From Candidatus Poribacteria bacterium (lineage in GTDB: Bacteria; Poribacteria; WGA-4E; PCPOR2b), in contig OZ242351.1 of the NCBI GenBank assembly GCA_965208675.1, positions 3,488,001-3,552,000 on the forward strand: 64,000 nucleotides of DNA, written 5' to 3'. Shown here piece after piece: positions 1 through 11,554 of this stretch; the stretch's first letter is position 1, and each line of letters begins with the position of its first letter. The notes under the pieces were generated by a model that searched no databases, was not told the DNA's origin, and saw nothing but the letters and a program-made list of their open reading frames with translations. The position numbers and the translations under genes were made by a program.

Positions 1-1
1 G

Positions 2-976
2 GCGGTCAGGTCGAACTTGGGGATTTTTGACCTTTCACACATGGGAGAGATTGAAATACGTGGTGCGGGCGCTTTGCCGCTGATTCAGAAACTCATCACC
101 AATGACGCCGAACACAAACTTGTTGATGGACGGATTCTCTATTCCCCGATGTGCAATGAAAATGGCGGCATTGTGGATGATGTGGTGGTCTATCGTTTCC
201 AAGCTGACCGGTATATGGTTGTTGTCAACGCGACGAACATTGGGGCGGACTTTGAATGGATGTGTGCTCACAATGACACCGGTGCGGAAATCGAGAACCG
301 AAGCGATGAAACTGTTCTTATTGCGCTGCAAGGACGGAACGCCCCGACAGTTTTGCAAAAACTTACCAATACTGAAATCACGGCGCTCAAATACTTCTGG
401 TTTACGGAAGGAGAAGTAGCCGGCGTGCCGACGGTTATTTCACGGACAGGGTATACAGGTGAGGCCGGATTCGAGCTTTATGCAAATGCTGGTTGCGGTA
501 CAGATTTGTGGAATGCCATCTATGAAGCAGCGGCTACAATTAGCGGCAAACCCGTTGGATTAGGCGCAAGGGACACATTGCGGCTTGAGATGAAGTATTG
601 CTTGTACGGAAACGATATCAACGAGACAACAACGCCGTTGGAGGCGGGATTAAATTGGACAATCGCCTTCGACAAGAAGGATTTCATAGGCCGAGATACG
701 CTAATCAAACAACATACTGAAGGGATAAAACGCCGCTTGGCAGGGTTTCAGATGTTGAATCGCAGTGTCGCACGCGCTCACTACGCGGTTTACAACAAAA
801 ACCAACACGTCGGGGCGGTTACGAGCGGCCTGCCGTCACCGAGTTTGAAATGCAATATTGGGCTTGCATATCTTCCCGTCGAACACAGCAAGATTAACAC
901 GAAAATCGAAATCGACATTCGAGGGAAACGCCATCCGGCGAAGGTTGTACGTACGCCGTTTTATCAGCCTGATTGA
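2..976 (+). CDS. gcvT: Glycine cleavage system aminomethyltransferase T (5' partial)
   Basis: The frame is open from base 2 (AVRSNLGIFDLSHMGE). Motifs SRTGYTGEAGFEL, GLGARDTLRLEM and C-terminal PFY. First gene of the T-H-P operon. Confidence 0.97.
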   Translation, partial: AVRSNLGIFDLSHMGEIEIRGAGALPLIQKLITNDAEHKLVDGRILYSPMCNENGGIVDDVVVYRFQADRYMVVVNATNIGADFEWMCAHNDTGAEIENRSDETVLIALQGRNAPTVLQKLTNTEITALKYFWFTEGEVAGVPTVISRTGYTGEAGFELYANAGCGTDLWNAIYEAAATISGKPVGLGARDTLRLEMKYCLYGNDINETTTPLEAGLNWTIAFDKKDFIGRDTLIKQHTEGIKRRLAGFQMLNRSVARAHYAVYNKNQHVGAVTSGLPSPSLKCNIGLAYLPVEHSKINTKIEIDIRGKRHPAKVVRTPFYQPD

Positions 977-985
977 GGAGTAAAG

Positions 986-1387
986 ATGCCAGAAGAACAG
1001 AAATTTCCTGAAGACCTAAAATACCGCGAGACTCACGAATGGGCTAGGCGGGAAGGCGGCATTGTCACAGTCGGTATTAGCAACTATGCACAAGAAGAAC
1101 TTCAAGATGTGGTTTACGTTGAACTTCCAGAAGTCGGTGCATCCGTAGCGTTGGAACAAGAGTTTGGTGTCATCGAATCCGTTAAAGCAGCATTTAATCT
1201 CTGGCCACCGGTCAGCGGCGAAGTTATTGAGGTGAATGAGGACCTCGAAGATGCGCCGGAGTTAATAAACGAACACCCCTACAGCTTAGGTTGGTTGATT
1301 AAGATTCGGATAAACGATCCGGACGAGTTGGATAACCTCTTGTCCCCTGATGAATACCGGACACTCGTCGAAGGGGAGAGAGATTGA
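986..1387 (+). CDS. gcvH: Glycine cleavage system H protein
   Basis: [26 protein letters not shown] and lipoyl-lysine motif IESVKAA. RBS GAGGAG upstream. Confidence 0.97.
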   Translation: MPEEQKFPEDLKYRETHEWARREGGIVTVGISNYAQEELQDVVYVELPEVGASVALEQEFGVIESVKAAFNLWPPVSGEVIEVNEDLEDAPELINEHPYSLGWLIKIRINDPDELDNLLSPDEYRTLVEGERD

Positions 1388-4320
1388 CAGATCAGATAAC
1401 CCCAACTTCCAACGCCGATGAGCGTCAGACTTCAAGGCACCTCCCCTTTACAGACAATTTTGTTGACCGACATATTGGCCCTCGTGAGGACGAAGTAAAT
1501 CTGATGCTAGAAAAAATTGGGTATGCTTCACTAGACAATCTGATTGAAGATATCGTACCCGCAGATATTCGTCTAGACCGCCCTCTTAATCTGGGAAAGG
1601 GCAAAACTGAATTTGAAGCTCTTGAGGCGTTGAAAGATATTGCTTCTCAAAACAAGGTGTTTCGAAGTTTTATTGGAATGGGTTATCACAATTGCATTAC
1701 CCCGCCTGTTATCCGGAGAAACATCCTTGAAAACCCCGGGTGGTACACACAGTACACACCGTATCAGGCAGAGATATCACAAGGCCGGCTCGAAGCTTTG
1801 CTAAACTTCCAAACAATGATAATTGACCTGACGGGCCTCCCCATTGCAAACGCCTCGCTTTTGGATGAGAGTACTGCGGCCGCTGAAGCGATGGGGATGT
1901 GCCTCGCCGTGAAAAAACCTAATGTGAGGCGGCAATTTTTTGTCTCCAAATTGTGCCATCCCCAAACAATCTCTGTCCTTCAGACTCGCGCAGAGCCTCT
2001 GGGGATAGCACTCCTTATCGGCGATCATCGGGAAGTTACGTTCGAATCCGCCCCTATTTTGGGCGCGCTTGTACAATATCCTGCAAGTGATGGCGAGGTT
2101 TATGACTATTCAGATTTTGCAAAGCGAATCCATGATGCGAATGGGCTGTTGGCCGTGGCTGCAGATGTGCTAAGCCTGACATTATTGGCGTCTCCAGGCG
2201 AATTCGGTGCGGATATTGCTGTCGGATCCACGCAACGGTTTGGCGTGCCGATGGGATACGGCGGCCCTCATGCAGCTTATTTCGCAACCAGAGAAGAATT
2301 CAAGCGCAAAACGCCGGGGAGAATGGTAGGCGTTTCAGAGGACGCAGAAGGGCGTCCTGCACTGCGTCTCGCGCTTCAGACCCGTGAGCAGCACATTCGG
2401 AGAGAAAAAGCAACAAGCAACATTTGTACGGCACAAGTGTTATTGGCGGTGATGGCGAGTATGTACGCTGTTTATCATGGGCCCAATGGACTTCGGAGAA
2501 TTGCTGAACGCATTCATTTGCTGACGTGTGCGCTCCGCGAAGGATTGGCTCGGTTAGGATACTCTTCCGGCGACAGCCCGTTCTTTGATACGCTCAAGGT
2601 CAATCTAAATTCAGTCAATCTCAAGGACATTCTGTCTGCGGCGCGTGAAAGGCAGATTAATATCCGAGTTCTTGATTGCGCGCACGCCGGAATTTCGCTT
2701 GATGAAACAAGCTCTCTTCGGGATGTACATGATCTTCTTGAAATATTCTCACTCGGAAAAAATCTCCCCTTTGAAGTTGAAGATTTAGTTGATGTACATT
2801 CCACGAAAACCCCAACCGCACTTCAGGATTCGGTACACATTCCTATACCATTACGTCGAAAGAGTTCCTATCTTACCCATCCGGTTTTCAATATCTATCA
2901 CTCCGAAACGGAGATGTTGCGGTACATCCAGAAACTTCAGGAAAAAGATTTGTCATTGGTAACATCGATGATTCCGCTCGGATCCTGTACGATGAAACTC
3001 AATGCCACCGCTGAAATGATTCCTGTCACATGGCCCGAATTCAGCAATCTTCACCCGTTTGCTCCGCTTGAACAGGCGGAGGGATACCAAATTCTCTTTA
3101 AGCAGCTTGAATCGCGGCTTGCAGAAATCACTGGATTCGCCGGCATCTCCCTCCAGCCTAACGCCGGATCCCAAGGCGAATACGCGGGACTCTTGGTCAT
3201 CCGCAAATATCATCAGCGCCAGGGCGAAGGACATCGCAACGTTTGCTTGATACCCCAATCTGCCCACGGCACAAACCCTGCGAGCGCAGTGATGGCTGGA
3301 ATGCGAGTGGTGGTTGTAACGTGCGACGCCGACGGCAATATCGATCTTACGAATCTTCGGGCGAAGTCTGAGGAGCACCATCAGAATCTGGCAGCAGCAA
3401 TGGTTACTTACCCATCAACTCATGGCGTTTTTGAAGAACAGATTAGGGAAATTTGCGACATCGTCCATCAGCACGGTGGACTGGTCTACATGGATGGGGC
3501 AAATATGAACGCAATGGTGGGTCTGTCTCGTCCGGGTGATTTCGGTCCGGATGTGTGCCATCTGAATCTACACAAGACGTTTTGTATTCCTCACGGCGGC
3601 GGCGGCCCTGGAATGGGGCCGATTGGCGTTAAGGAACATCTCGTTCGTTTTCTCCCAACCCATCCGGCGGCGGCGGTTGGCGGTGAGGATGGAATTGGTG
3701 CAATTTCAGCTGCGCCATGGGGCAGTGCCTGCATCCTTCCAATCTCCTGGGCATACATTGCGATGATGGGCGCCCAAGGGCTAAAGCGGGCAACCGAAGT
3801 GGCAATTTTGAATGCTAATTATGCCGCCAAAACTCTTGAACCACATTTCTCGATACTTTACAAAGGGACAAAAGGATTGGTAGCGCACGAATGTATAATT
3901 GACCTTCGCGATTTCAAAAAGAGTATCGGTGTTGGTGTAGGCGATGTAGCAAAGCGGCTGATGGACTACGGTTTTCACGCGCCGACGGTATCGTGGCCAG
4001 TTCCTGAAACCATGATGATTGAACCGACCGAAAGCGAATCCAAGGCGGAATTGGATCGGTTTAGCGAAGCGTTGATTTCCATCCGGCAAGAAATCTCAGA
4101 AATTGAGGCGGGAACGGTAGACCGGTCTGACAATGTACTTAAAAATGCACCCCACACTGTTAAACACGTAACGCGGTCCGCGTGGACTCATGGATATTCT
4201 CGAGAAAAGGCGGTGTTTCCAGCGCCGTGGACAAACGAACGTAAATTTTGGCCCCCCGTGGCGCGGATTGATGAGGTATTCGGAGACCGTAATCTTATCT
4301 GTTGGTGTCCCCCCGTGTAG
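1384..4320 (+). CDS. gcvP: Glycine dehydrogenase (decarboxylating), single-chain P protein
   Basis: [33 protein letters not shown] and PLP motif [21 protein letters not shown] start overlaps the gcvH stop. Confidence 0.97.
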   Translation: MTDQITPTSNADERQTSRHLPFTDNFVDRHIGPREDEVNLMLEKIGYASLDNLIEDIVPADIRLDRPLNLGKGKTEFEALEALKDIASQNKVFRSFIGMGYHNCITPPVIRRNILENPGWYTQYTPYQAEISQGRLEALLNFQTMIIDLTGLPIANASLLDESTAAAEAMGMCLAVKKPNVRRQFFVSKLCHPQTISVLQTRAEPLGIALLIGDHREVTFESAPILGALVQYPASDGEVYDYSDFAKRIHDANGLLAVAADVLSLTLLASPGEFGADIAVGSTQRFGVPMGYGGPHAAYFATREEFKRKTPGRMVGVSEDAEGRPALRLALQTREQHIRREKATSNICTAQVLLAVMASMYAVYHGPNGLRRIAERIHLLTCALREGLARLGYSSGDSPFFDTLKVNLNSVNLKDILSAARERQINIRVLDCAHAGISLDETSSLRDVHDLLEIFSLGKNLPFEVEDLVDVHSTKTPTALQDSVHIPIPLRRKSSYLTHPVFNIYHSETEMLRYIQKLQEKDLSLVTSMIPLGSCTMKLNATAEMIPVTWPEFSNLHPFAPLEQAEGYQILFKQLESRLAEITGFAGISLQPNAGSQGEYAGLLVIRKYHQRQGEGHRNVCLIPQSAHGTNPASAVMAGMRVVVVTCDADGNIDLTNLRAKSEEHHQNLAAAMVTYPSTHGVFEEQIREICDIVHQHGGLVYMDGANMNAMVGLSRPGDFGPDVCHLNLHKTFCIPHGGGGPGMGPIGVKEHLVRFLPTHPAAAVGGEDGIGAISAAPWGSACILPISWAYIAMMGAQGLKRATEVAILNANYAAKTLEPHFSILYKGTKGLVAHECIIDLRDFKKSIGVGVGDVAKRLMDYGFHAPTVSWPVPETMMIEPTESESKAELDRFSEALISIRQEISEIEAGTVDRSDNVLKNAPHTVKHVTRSAWTHGYSREKAVFPAPWTNERKFWPPVARIDEVFGDRNLICWCPPV

Positions 4321-4400
4321 ATTTTAGGGCGTTCAACAGGAAACATCTAGAGATTCCAAAACTTGTTGTGCCTTAAAGCTCAACGTAAACATGAACAGGT

Positions 4401-5780
4401 ATGAAAGCAATCGTCATAGGTGTGGGAGAGTTCGGATTTCATGCAGCGAAGCTGTTGACGGCCGAGAACAACGACGTTGTTCTGATTGACCAGTCGGAGA
4501 CAGCTTGCCGGCGTGCTCAGGAACAGCTAGATCTCTCGACACTCCAAGGTTCAGGGGCTTCACCCCCCTTATTAAAACAGGCTGGCATCCAAGACGCCGA
4601 GTTACTTATTGCTGCAACGAACTGCGATGAAATAAACTTACTCGCGTGTTTGATCGCTTCCAAACATGGAGTGGAGACGAAGGTTGCGCGCGTTTCGTCT
4701 CCGGACTACTTCGCGAACAATGAAGATTTATCGCCGCAGGACTTTGGAATTGACCTGCTCATCAATCCGGACCAACTCTGTGCACAAGAGTTTTTGCGGC
4801 TGCTCAATATGCCGGAAGCGCGTGAAATTGTCGAATTTGAAGACGGCAAGGTACAGTTGGTTGCATTTCAGGTGAATGCTTCCAATCCGCTCCAGGGCAA
4901 AACGCTAAGCCAGATTGGAAGGGAAGGCGTAGCTTGGGGAAACAAAGAACTCACGTCGAACATACTATTCACGGCGATAAAACGTAAGGATGGCACGACG
5001 ATTATTCCGAAAGGGGGAGACCGCATCTTAGTAGGCGATGAAGCCTTTGCAATCGGAAGCCGCGAATCGGTTATGCATCTCCTTGAACTTTCCGGTGTGT
5101 CCTTGAATCGAAAACTCAAGCGGGTAATAATCGTCGGTGCCGGGCGAATTGGTATTTATTTGGCGCAAGCCTTGGAAAAGGGCGGAGTGCAAGTCAAAAT
5201 GATTGAATCGGACCGTAGGTTGGCCGAAGCTGCATCAACCATTTTGAATAAAACCACGCTGCTCTACGGTAATTACTTGCAGCCCGGTTTCTTGGAGCAA
5301 GCCGGTGTCAACGAAGCGGATGGATTTGTATCCGTAACGGGCGACGATGAAAACGATATTATGGCGTGTGTGACAGCCAAGCAGAACGGCGCTGCCCGTG
5401 TGGTTGCACTGGTTCAAAAACCGCGTTACTTGCCAATCCTTGCATCTATTCCGCCACTTGATGCGGCGGTGAGTCTCCACATAAATGCGGTCAACAACAG
5501 CCTTCGGCTGATTCGCCGAGGGCCCGTGGTGTCTGCGGCATCGTTGCGAGAGGTTGACGCGGAAGTCATCGAACTTGTTGCGGGTATCAACTCAAGAGTT
5601 ACGCACAAAGAGATTAACCACTTGAAATTGCCCGATGACGCTTTGATTGGCGCAATTGTTCGGCGCGATCGAGTTTTTGTTCCGACAGGCGACCTCGTGA
5701 TTCAAGTGGGGGACCGTGTCATTATCTTCAGTTTACCAGATGCAATCCCTGCTGTCGAAGCACTGTTCTCAGAGAAGTAA
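4401..5780 (+). CDS. trkA: Trk system potassium transporter NAD-binding subunit
   Basis: Two RCK_N/RCK_C repeats (VIGVGEFG; IVGAGRIG), 459 aa, adjacent to TrkH. Confidence 0.93.
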   Translation: MKAIVIGVGEFGFHAAKLLTAENNDVVLIDQSETACRRAQEQLDLSTLQGSGASPPLLKQAGIQDAELLIAATNCDEINLLACLIASKHGVETKVARVSSPDYFANNEDLSPQDFGIDLLINPDQLCAQEFLRLLNMPEAREIVEFEDGKVQLVAFQVNASNPLQGKTLSQIGREGVAWGNKELTSNILFTAIKRKDGTTIIPKGGDRILVGDEAFAIGSRESVMHLLELSGVSLNRKLKRVIIVGAGRIGIYLAQALEKGGVQVKMIESDRRLAEAASTILNKTTLLYGNYLQPGFLEQAGVNEADGFVSVTGDDENDIMACVTAKQNGAARVVALVQKPRYLPILASIPPLDAAVSLHINAVNNSLRLIRRGPVVSAASLREVDAEVIELVAGINSRVTHKEINHLKLPDDALIGAIVRRDRVFVPTGDLVIQVGDRVIIFSLPDAIPAVEALFSEK

Positions 5781-5960
5781 AGGCGAAAGTTAAAACACAA
5801 CGCCTTGATTGGCTGATACGACTGTAACGTCAATTTGATGAAATCTTGAAGCATTGATACTGCAAAAACGATTCGTTTTGAATCATGAAACCACGCTTGA
5901 CGGGTTTCTCTATATGCTTTGGCGCACATAGGCAAAATGGTATAGTCTATTCCTGATGCT

Positions 5961-7496
5961 GTGAATTTAAGATTAGTACGGTACACGCTTGGCAATTTAC
6001 TGGTATGTCTTGCGGCAACGATGCTATGCCCGCTGCTGATAGCTGTGTACTATCAATCGGCAAAGGGCGAAACGGATTTACGAGCGTTTATCTACTCCTT
6101 TCTCATCACGCTCCTCGTCGGACTAGCACTCCGTCTGAGGACGAAATCCGGTCAAGAACTTGGAAACAAAGAAGGGTTTGCCGTTGTCACATTAGGTTGG
6201 GCGGTTATCGCCCTGTTTGGGTCGTTCCCATATTATTTTTACCATGTGTTCGAGGGTGCGGGGAGAAATTGGCTGGCAGAATTTTCTTTTTGCTACTTTG
6301 AATCCATGTCGGGGTTCACAACAACTGGCGCAACCGTTCTCACCGAAATCGAGCATCTTCCCCATGCCATTCTTCTCTGGCGAAGCTTGATGCATTGGCT
6401 TGGCGGAATGGGCATTGTTGTGCTTGCGCTGGCGATATTGCCGATGTTGGGCGTCGGCGGGATGCAGCTTTACCGCGCTGAAGTTCCGGGGCCTAGTAAG
6501 GATCGATTAACACCGCGCATCGCACAAACCGCCAAGCTGCTTTGGGTGGTTTATGTTCTGATTACGTTTGTAGAGGTCATGCTTCTCTGGATTGGCGCTA
6601 CAAAGTTGGTTGCCCCTGAGCTTCGTGCACCTACGGGAGAAGCGTTATTTGATGCATTCTGCCACGCATTCGGTACGATGGCGACCGGCGGCTTCGCAAC
6701 CAAAAATTCGAGCATCGGCCATTATGACAGCGTTTTTATTGACGTGGTCGTCATCATCTTCATGTTCATTGCCGGGGCTAGTTTTTCCTTACACTATCGG
6801 GCTTTGCGCGGTAATTTCAAGAGTTACCTACAAGATGCCGAGTTTCGGTTTTACTGCCTCATGATCATCCTTTGTACGGGGTTAATCGTCTGGAACACGA
6901 CGCGGATCAAAGTTGGTGAGGAGGTTGTCTACGGTTCGATTGGCACAGCGCTGCGCTACGCATCTTTTCAAGTCGTATCGGTTATCACGACAACAGGATA
7001 CGGCACCGCAGATTTTGAACGGTGGCCTTACTTATCCCAAATTATCTTAATTGTATTGATGTTCTTCGGTGGGTGTGCCGGTTCAACGGGGGGCGGGATT
7101 AAGCATGTGCGTTTTTTGCTGCTCATCAAGCAGGGGTACACAGAGATTAAACGGTTAATACTCCCGCACGCCGTCCTGCCTATTAAACTCAATGATAGGG
7201 TGGTTCCGCCGGAGGTCATGACGCACATCCTTGGGTTTTTCTTCCTATTCGTGGGGATTTTCACGATTGCGACTTGCATGATGACAACGTTAGGCATGGA
7301 TTTAGCGAGTGCAGCAGCGTCCGTTATCGCAACGATGGGGAACATCGGCCCCGGTTTTGGATCTGTAGGGCCCGCGGACAATTACGCACATGTCCACCCG
7401 CTGGGGAAATTTATCCTCAGTTTTTGCATGTTATTAGGGCGTCTGGAACTTTACACCGTATTGGTTTTATTCTCACCGAAGTTATGGAGAAAGTGA
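5961..7496 (+). CDS. trkH: TrkH family potassium uptake membrane protein
   Basis: FESMSGFTTTGAT, WLGGMGI, TTTGYGT, GGCAGSTGGGIK, GNIGPG and MLLGRLEL motifs. Confidence 0.95.
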   Translation: MNLRLVRYTLGNLLVCLAATMLCPLLIAVYYQSAKGETDLRAFIYSFLITLLVGLALRLRTKSGQELGNKEGFAVVTLGWAVIALFGSFPYYFYHVFEGAGRNWLAEFSFCYFESMSGFTTTGATVLTEIEHLPHAILLWRSLMHWLGGMGIVVLALAILPMLGVGGMQLYRAEVPGPSKDRLTPRIAQTAKLLWVVYVLITFVEVMLLWIGATKLVAPELRAPTGEALFDAFCHAFGTMATGGFATKNSSIGHYDSVFIDVVVIIFMFIAGASFSLHYRALRGNFKSYLQDAEFRFYCLMIILCTGLIVWNTTRIKVGEEVVYGSIGTALRYASFQVVSVITTTGYGTADFERWPYLSQIILIVLMFFGGCAGSTGGGIKHVRFLLLIKQGYTEIKRLILPHAVLPIKLNDRVVPPEVMTHILGFFFLFVGIFTIATCMMTTLGMDLASAAASVIATMGNIGPGFGSVGPADNYAHVHPLGKFILSFCMLLGRLELYTVLVLFSPKLWRK

Positions 7497-7614
7497 ATTA
7501 ACGTGGCGATACAGAATCATTAAAGCGCATGTAGGATAGGTTGAACGGTTACACAACCCCAATATTTGACTCTACAGGCATTCAGCAGTTATTAGCTTTA
7601 GCCCCTAATCAATT

Positions 7615-8598
7615 ATGCAGACAGAGGACCAAGTACAACATTTCCGAGAAAATTACAACCGAGTAAAGGCAGAGGTGCAAAAGCGCATCGTTGGACAGGA
7701 TGAAATCATCGAAGGCGTATTACTATGCCTACTCGCCGACGGACATGCGCTTCTCGAAGGCGTCCCCGGCTTGGGCAAAACGCAACTTGTGCATACGTTA
7801 AGCGAAGTTTTGAGCTTGTCCTTTTCGCGAATTCAGTTCACGCCCGATATGATGCCATCAGACATTACGGGTACTATGTTGCTTATCGAAAACGCACAGG
7901 GGCGCAAACAGTTCGAATTTCAGAAGGGGCCGATTTTTTCGCAGATTGTTTTGGCAGACGAGATTAACCGAGCCACGCCACGAACCCAATCCGCGTTGCT
8001 GGAAGCTATGCAGGAGCGGACAGTAAGTGTAGCGCGGACAAGCCACAAACTAGATGAACCGTTTTGTGTTCTCGCGACGCAAAATCCTTTGGAGTTAGAA
8101 GGGACGTATCCGTTGCCAGAAGCCCAGTTAGATCGATTTCTATTTAAGCTTCACGTGAATTATCCGGACGCAGATGAAATGCTTGAGATTATGCGCCGCA
8201 CCACAAGGGATGGAGATGTTCCAATAGAGCGGGTGATTGATTCAGAGACGATTCAGTGGATGCGGCAGTTGGTTCGGCGTGTGCCAATTGTGGAACATGT
8301 TGAGCGGTATATCATTGCGCTGATTCGAGCGACTCATCCGAATAATTCAGATGCACCGGAGATTACCAAGCAGTATGTCGAGTTGGGGGGGAGCATACGC
8401 GGCGTACAAGCGGTCACACTAACAGCAAAGATTAAAGCATTGCTAGACGAGCGCTACAACGTGGCTTTTGAGGACGTACAAGCAGTCGCACTCCCTGCGC
8501 TGCGTCACCGCATATTCTTGAACTATGAAGGTAAGGGCGAGGACATCAACACAGATGATGTTGTCACGCGTATTCTTGAGTCTTTAGATGCGGAGTGA
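7615..8598 (+). CDS. MoxR family AAA+ ATPase
   Basis: LLEGVPGLGKT, RIQFTPDMMPSD, LADEINRATPRTQSALLEAMQE, ATQNPLELEGTYPLPEAQLDRF. Confidence 0.95.
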   Translation: MQTEDQVQHFRENYNRVKAEVQKRIVGQDEIIEGVLLCLLADGHALLEGVPGLGKTQLVHTLSEVLSLSFSRIQFTPDMMPSDITGTMLLIENAQGRKQFEFQKGPIFSQIVLADEINRATPRTQSALLEAMQERTVSVARTSHKLDEPFCVLATQNPLELEGTYPLPEAQLDRFLFKLHVNYPDADEMLEIMRRTTRDGDVPIERVIDSETIQWMRQLVRRVPIVEHVERYIIALIRATHPNNSDAPEITKQYVELGGSIRGVQAVTLTAKIKALLDERYNVAFEDVQAVALPALRHRIFLNYEGKGEDINTDDVVTRILESLDAE

Positions 8599-8624
8599 AG
8601 CTTGGGCGGGGGATTGGCGGTATG

Positions 8625-9734
8625 TCAAACACTCATTTCAAGCATTCGCTCAATTGGGCTTCTCGCACCCTCAATGACATCCGGGCTCAACGTAACTTCG
8701 TGTGGGCTTAAATCGCCGCCGCCATCTAGCGTTTCCAGTATACGCAGCACTTTGTCGAGCGAAACTTTTGCCATGTGCGAGCAACGCACGGAGCAAGCTG
8801 TCCAAAACTGAATTGTTGGAAACTCCTGCGCCAGATTCGAGGTTAATTCACATTCCGATGCGATAAAGGCGCGTTCCAGCGTGTTTTCTTCGACCCGCTT
8901 TGCGATGTCCCTGCGTATCTGGCTAGTGCTGCCGTAATAGTCCGCCTCATGAAGCACCTCCGGGCGGCATTCCCAGTGTGCATAGAGTATTCGCTCCGGA
9001 TGACCTTTAGGGATTTCGAACGAGTCTCGAATCGCGAGTAAATCTTGGAGTGAGAACCTTTCATGAACCTCGCACACGGCGCCCGGTTCTTGATTGCCTT
9101 TGCCCGGATACAGAACTGTTTTTTCTCCCATGAGTTCTTGTTCTAAATTTTGTGAAAAGAAAATGTCGGGAACAAAAAGAATCTCGCCGCCCGGCATGGC
9201 TTGCGCAATCTTGGCGGCATTCGCTGATGTACAGCAGATGTCTGATTCCGCTTTCGCATCGGCGTAGCTGTTGATGTAAATCATGACTGGAACGCCGGGG
9301 TAAAGCGCTTTCAACTTCTTCACATCCTCCGCGCCGAAATTATCCGCCAATGAACAACCCGCCGATTTATCAGCGACAAGCACTGTCTTCAACGGATTAA
9401 GTATCTTTGCCGTTTCCGCCATGAACGGCACGCCATTAAAGATAATGTATTGTGCTTCTGTTTTTGCAGCGTGCATGCTTAATCCAAGCGAGTCCCCTTG
9501 CTCTGCTGTTTCAGACAGACCAAACACAAGCGGTTCCATGTAATTGTGGCCGAGCATTAACACGTTGTGTTTTTTCTTGAGTTTTAAAATATTGTAGACA
9601 GTTTCTGCATGCGCTTCGATGTCGATATTCGTTAAACTCGGATGATGCCGCTGGTAGAGTTCATTTTTTACGCCTTCAAGACTGAACTCTTCCGTATGCA
9701 TGCCAATGTCTCTTGCTGTGGGTTGGGCGTCCAT
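8625..9734 (-). CDS. nadA: Quinolinate synthase A
   Basis: HNY, GDSLGLS, FMAETAKILNP, GCSLA, YINS, CTSANA, CEVHE and a third Cys in CSHM (the [4Fe-4S] ligands). Confidence 0.92.
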   Translation of the reverse strand: MDAQPTARDIGMHTEEFSLEGVKNELYQRHHPSLTNIDIEAHAETVYNILKLKKKHNVLMLGHNYMEPLVFGLSETAEQGDSLGLSMHAAKTEAQYIIFNGVPFMAETAKILNPLKTVLVADKSAGCSLADNFGAEDVKKLKALYPGVPVMIYINSYADAKAESDICCTSANAAKIAQAMPGGEILFVPDIFFSQNLEQELMGEKTVLYPGKGNQEPGAVCEVHERFSLQDLLAIRDSFEIPKGHPERILYAHWECRPEVLHEADYYGSTSQIRRDIAKRVEENTLERAFIASECELTSNLAQEFPTIQFWTACSVRCSHMAKVSLDKVLRILETLDGGGDLSPHEVTLSPDVIEGARSPIERMLEMSV

Positions 9735-9869
9735 GATTTCATCTACCCCGATATTTTACGGGGGATTTTCACCTCATGTCTTTTTGAATGTCGTGATTGC
9801 AGTGAGAAAAATTTGTTGCATTTAATTTGTAGCTACAACAAAGTCACGATATTTGCTAAATTGCTAGAG

Positions 9870-9899
9870 TGTACATTAAGGCAAAAGGATTTGTCAAGT
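9870..9899 (-). promoter_or_regulatory. Putative sigma70 promoter for nadA
   Basis: The minus strand reads TTGACA-N18-TACACT about 135 nt upstream of the start. Confidence 0.45.
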
Positions 9900-10003
9900 T
9901 TGAACGATTTACGCATTGGATTAAGAGGGGGCAACAGCGTGATTTACGATGGCAGTAATCTTCAAAACTACCGCAGCCGCTGCGCGCTCCTCCGATCCCG
10001 CGA

Positions 10004-11455
10004 CTATTCATCCAGCCCATACTCCTTCCACCGTTTGTCGACGAGATCGATTACCTCTTGAGACATCTTGATTTCGTCGGGCCATTCGCGTTGGTAACCC
10101 TCCTCGCTCCATTTGGACGTTGCATCAATGCCCATCTTTGACCCGGCGCCCATCAGGGGGGCGGCGTGGTCTAGCACATCAACGGGCCCCTCGACAATGG
10201 TTACGTCGCGTTTCGGATCAACGTTGCTGCCGACGCGGAAAAACACCTCCTCCACACGCTGCACATCTACATCTTTATCGACAACGATGATGATTTTGCT
10301 GAACATGAGTTGTCCGAGTCCCCACAAGCTGTGCATAATCTTCTTTGCGTGGAAGGGATAGCGTTTATCAATCGAGACCAAGGCAAAATTGTGGAACACA
10401 CCGAACAGCGGGAGATTCATATCGACCAGTTCCGGAAGTTGTGTTTTAATCAACGGCAAAAAGATTCGCTCGGTTGCTTTACCCATGTAGCAGTCTTCCA
10501 TTGGCGGTTTGCCAACGATGATAGTTTGGTAGATAGGGTTCTTACGGTGGGTGATAGCAGTGATATGAAAAACGGGATATTCGTCCTCAAGCGAATAATA
10601 GCCGGTGTGATCGCCGAAAGGGCCTTCTATGCAGGTTTCGTTGGGTTCGATATAGCCTTCAATCACAATGTCGGCGTCTGCTGGCGCAAGCATATCAATC
10701 GTCATACACTGTACCATTGGCACATTGGATTCGCGGAGAAAGCCCGCAAATAGGATTTCATCGATGCCTGTCGGGAGCGGGGCGGTACCGATATAAGACA
10801 TGACCGGATCGCCGCCGATTGCAACGGCGACAGGCATCCGCTCCCCCGCCTGACGGTATTCGCGGTGATGCGCTGCGCCGTCATGGTGAATCTGCCAATG
10901 CATCGCCATTGTACGTGAATCAATCTTCTGTATTCGATAGGTGCCAACATTGCGCTGACCTGTTTTCAGGCTGTGCGTAAAGACTTGGGGCAGTGTGATA
11001 TATTTATCCGCGTCAAGGGGCCAACATTTGATAAGCGGCAAGCTATCCAATGAGACGCTATCGCCGGTATGCACTACTTCTTGGCTGGCGCCGCGCCGCA
11101 CGGTCTTGGGAGGGAATTTAGTCAATTTCGCCAGTATGCCGAGTATCTTGACTTTATCGAGAAGCGATTCCGGAGGACCAAGCTTAATCATACCTTCAAT
11201 TTCATCGGCAATCTCGTTGAGGTCATCCACGCCGAGCGCCATTGCCATCCGCTTGTAAGATCCGAAGGCGTTGATGAGCAACGGCATCTCGCTCCCTTCT
11301 ACATTTTCAAACAGCAATGCCGGACCTTCTGCTTTACTCACCCGGTCAGTAATCTGCGAAACTTCGAGATTAGGTGAGACTTTGGCTGTAATGCGTTTCA
11401 GCTCGCCCTCTTGTTCCAGGGTTTTGACAAAATCTCTTAGGCTGGAATATGCCAT
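10004..11455 (-). CDS. UbiD family decarboxylase (menaquinone futalosine-pathway type)
   Basis: GPALLFENV, NVGTYRIQ, MHWQIHHDG, EGPFGDHTGYYS, GKPPMED, GPVDVLDHA and KMGIDAT. Confidence 0.92.
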   Translation of the reverse strand: MAYSSLRDFVKTLEQEGELKRITAKVSPNLEVSQITDRVSKAEGPALLFENVEGSEMPLLINAFGSYKRMAMALGVDDLNEIADEIEGMIKLGPPESLLDKVKILGILAKLTKFPPKTVRRGASQEVVHTGDSVSLDSLPLIKCWPLDADKYITLPQVFTHSLKTGQRNVGTYRIQKIDSRTMAMHWQIHHDGAAHHREYRQAGERMPVAVAIGGDPVMSYIGTAPLPTGIDEILFAGFLRESNVPMVQCMTIDMLAPADADIVIEGYIEPNETCIEGPFGDHTGYYSLEDEYPVFHITAITHRKNPIYQTIIVGKPPMEDCYMGKATERIFLPLIKTQLPELVDMNLPLFGVFHNFALVSIDKRYPFHAKKIMHSLWGLGQLMFSKIIIVVDKDVDVQRVEEVFFRVGSNVDPKRDVTIVEGPVDVLDHAAPLMGAGSKMGIDATSKWSEEGYQREWPDEIKMSQEVIDLVDKRWKEYGLDE

Positions 11456-11554
11456 GTTTTACCTCGTGCCGTATCGGAACACAAATTCCTATGACTATCG
11501 GGAATCGCGTTACCTGCATTTCCCCGATTCTTTACACGCCCGAATCTCCGGCCG

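Noticed and set aside
7615-8598. MoxR without adjacent DUF58/vWA genes as a novel system
   Set aside because: Partners are often encoded elsewhere, and nothing else here is unusual.
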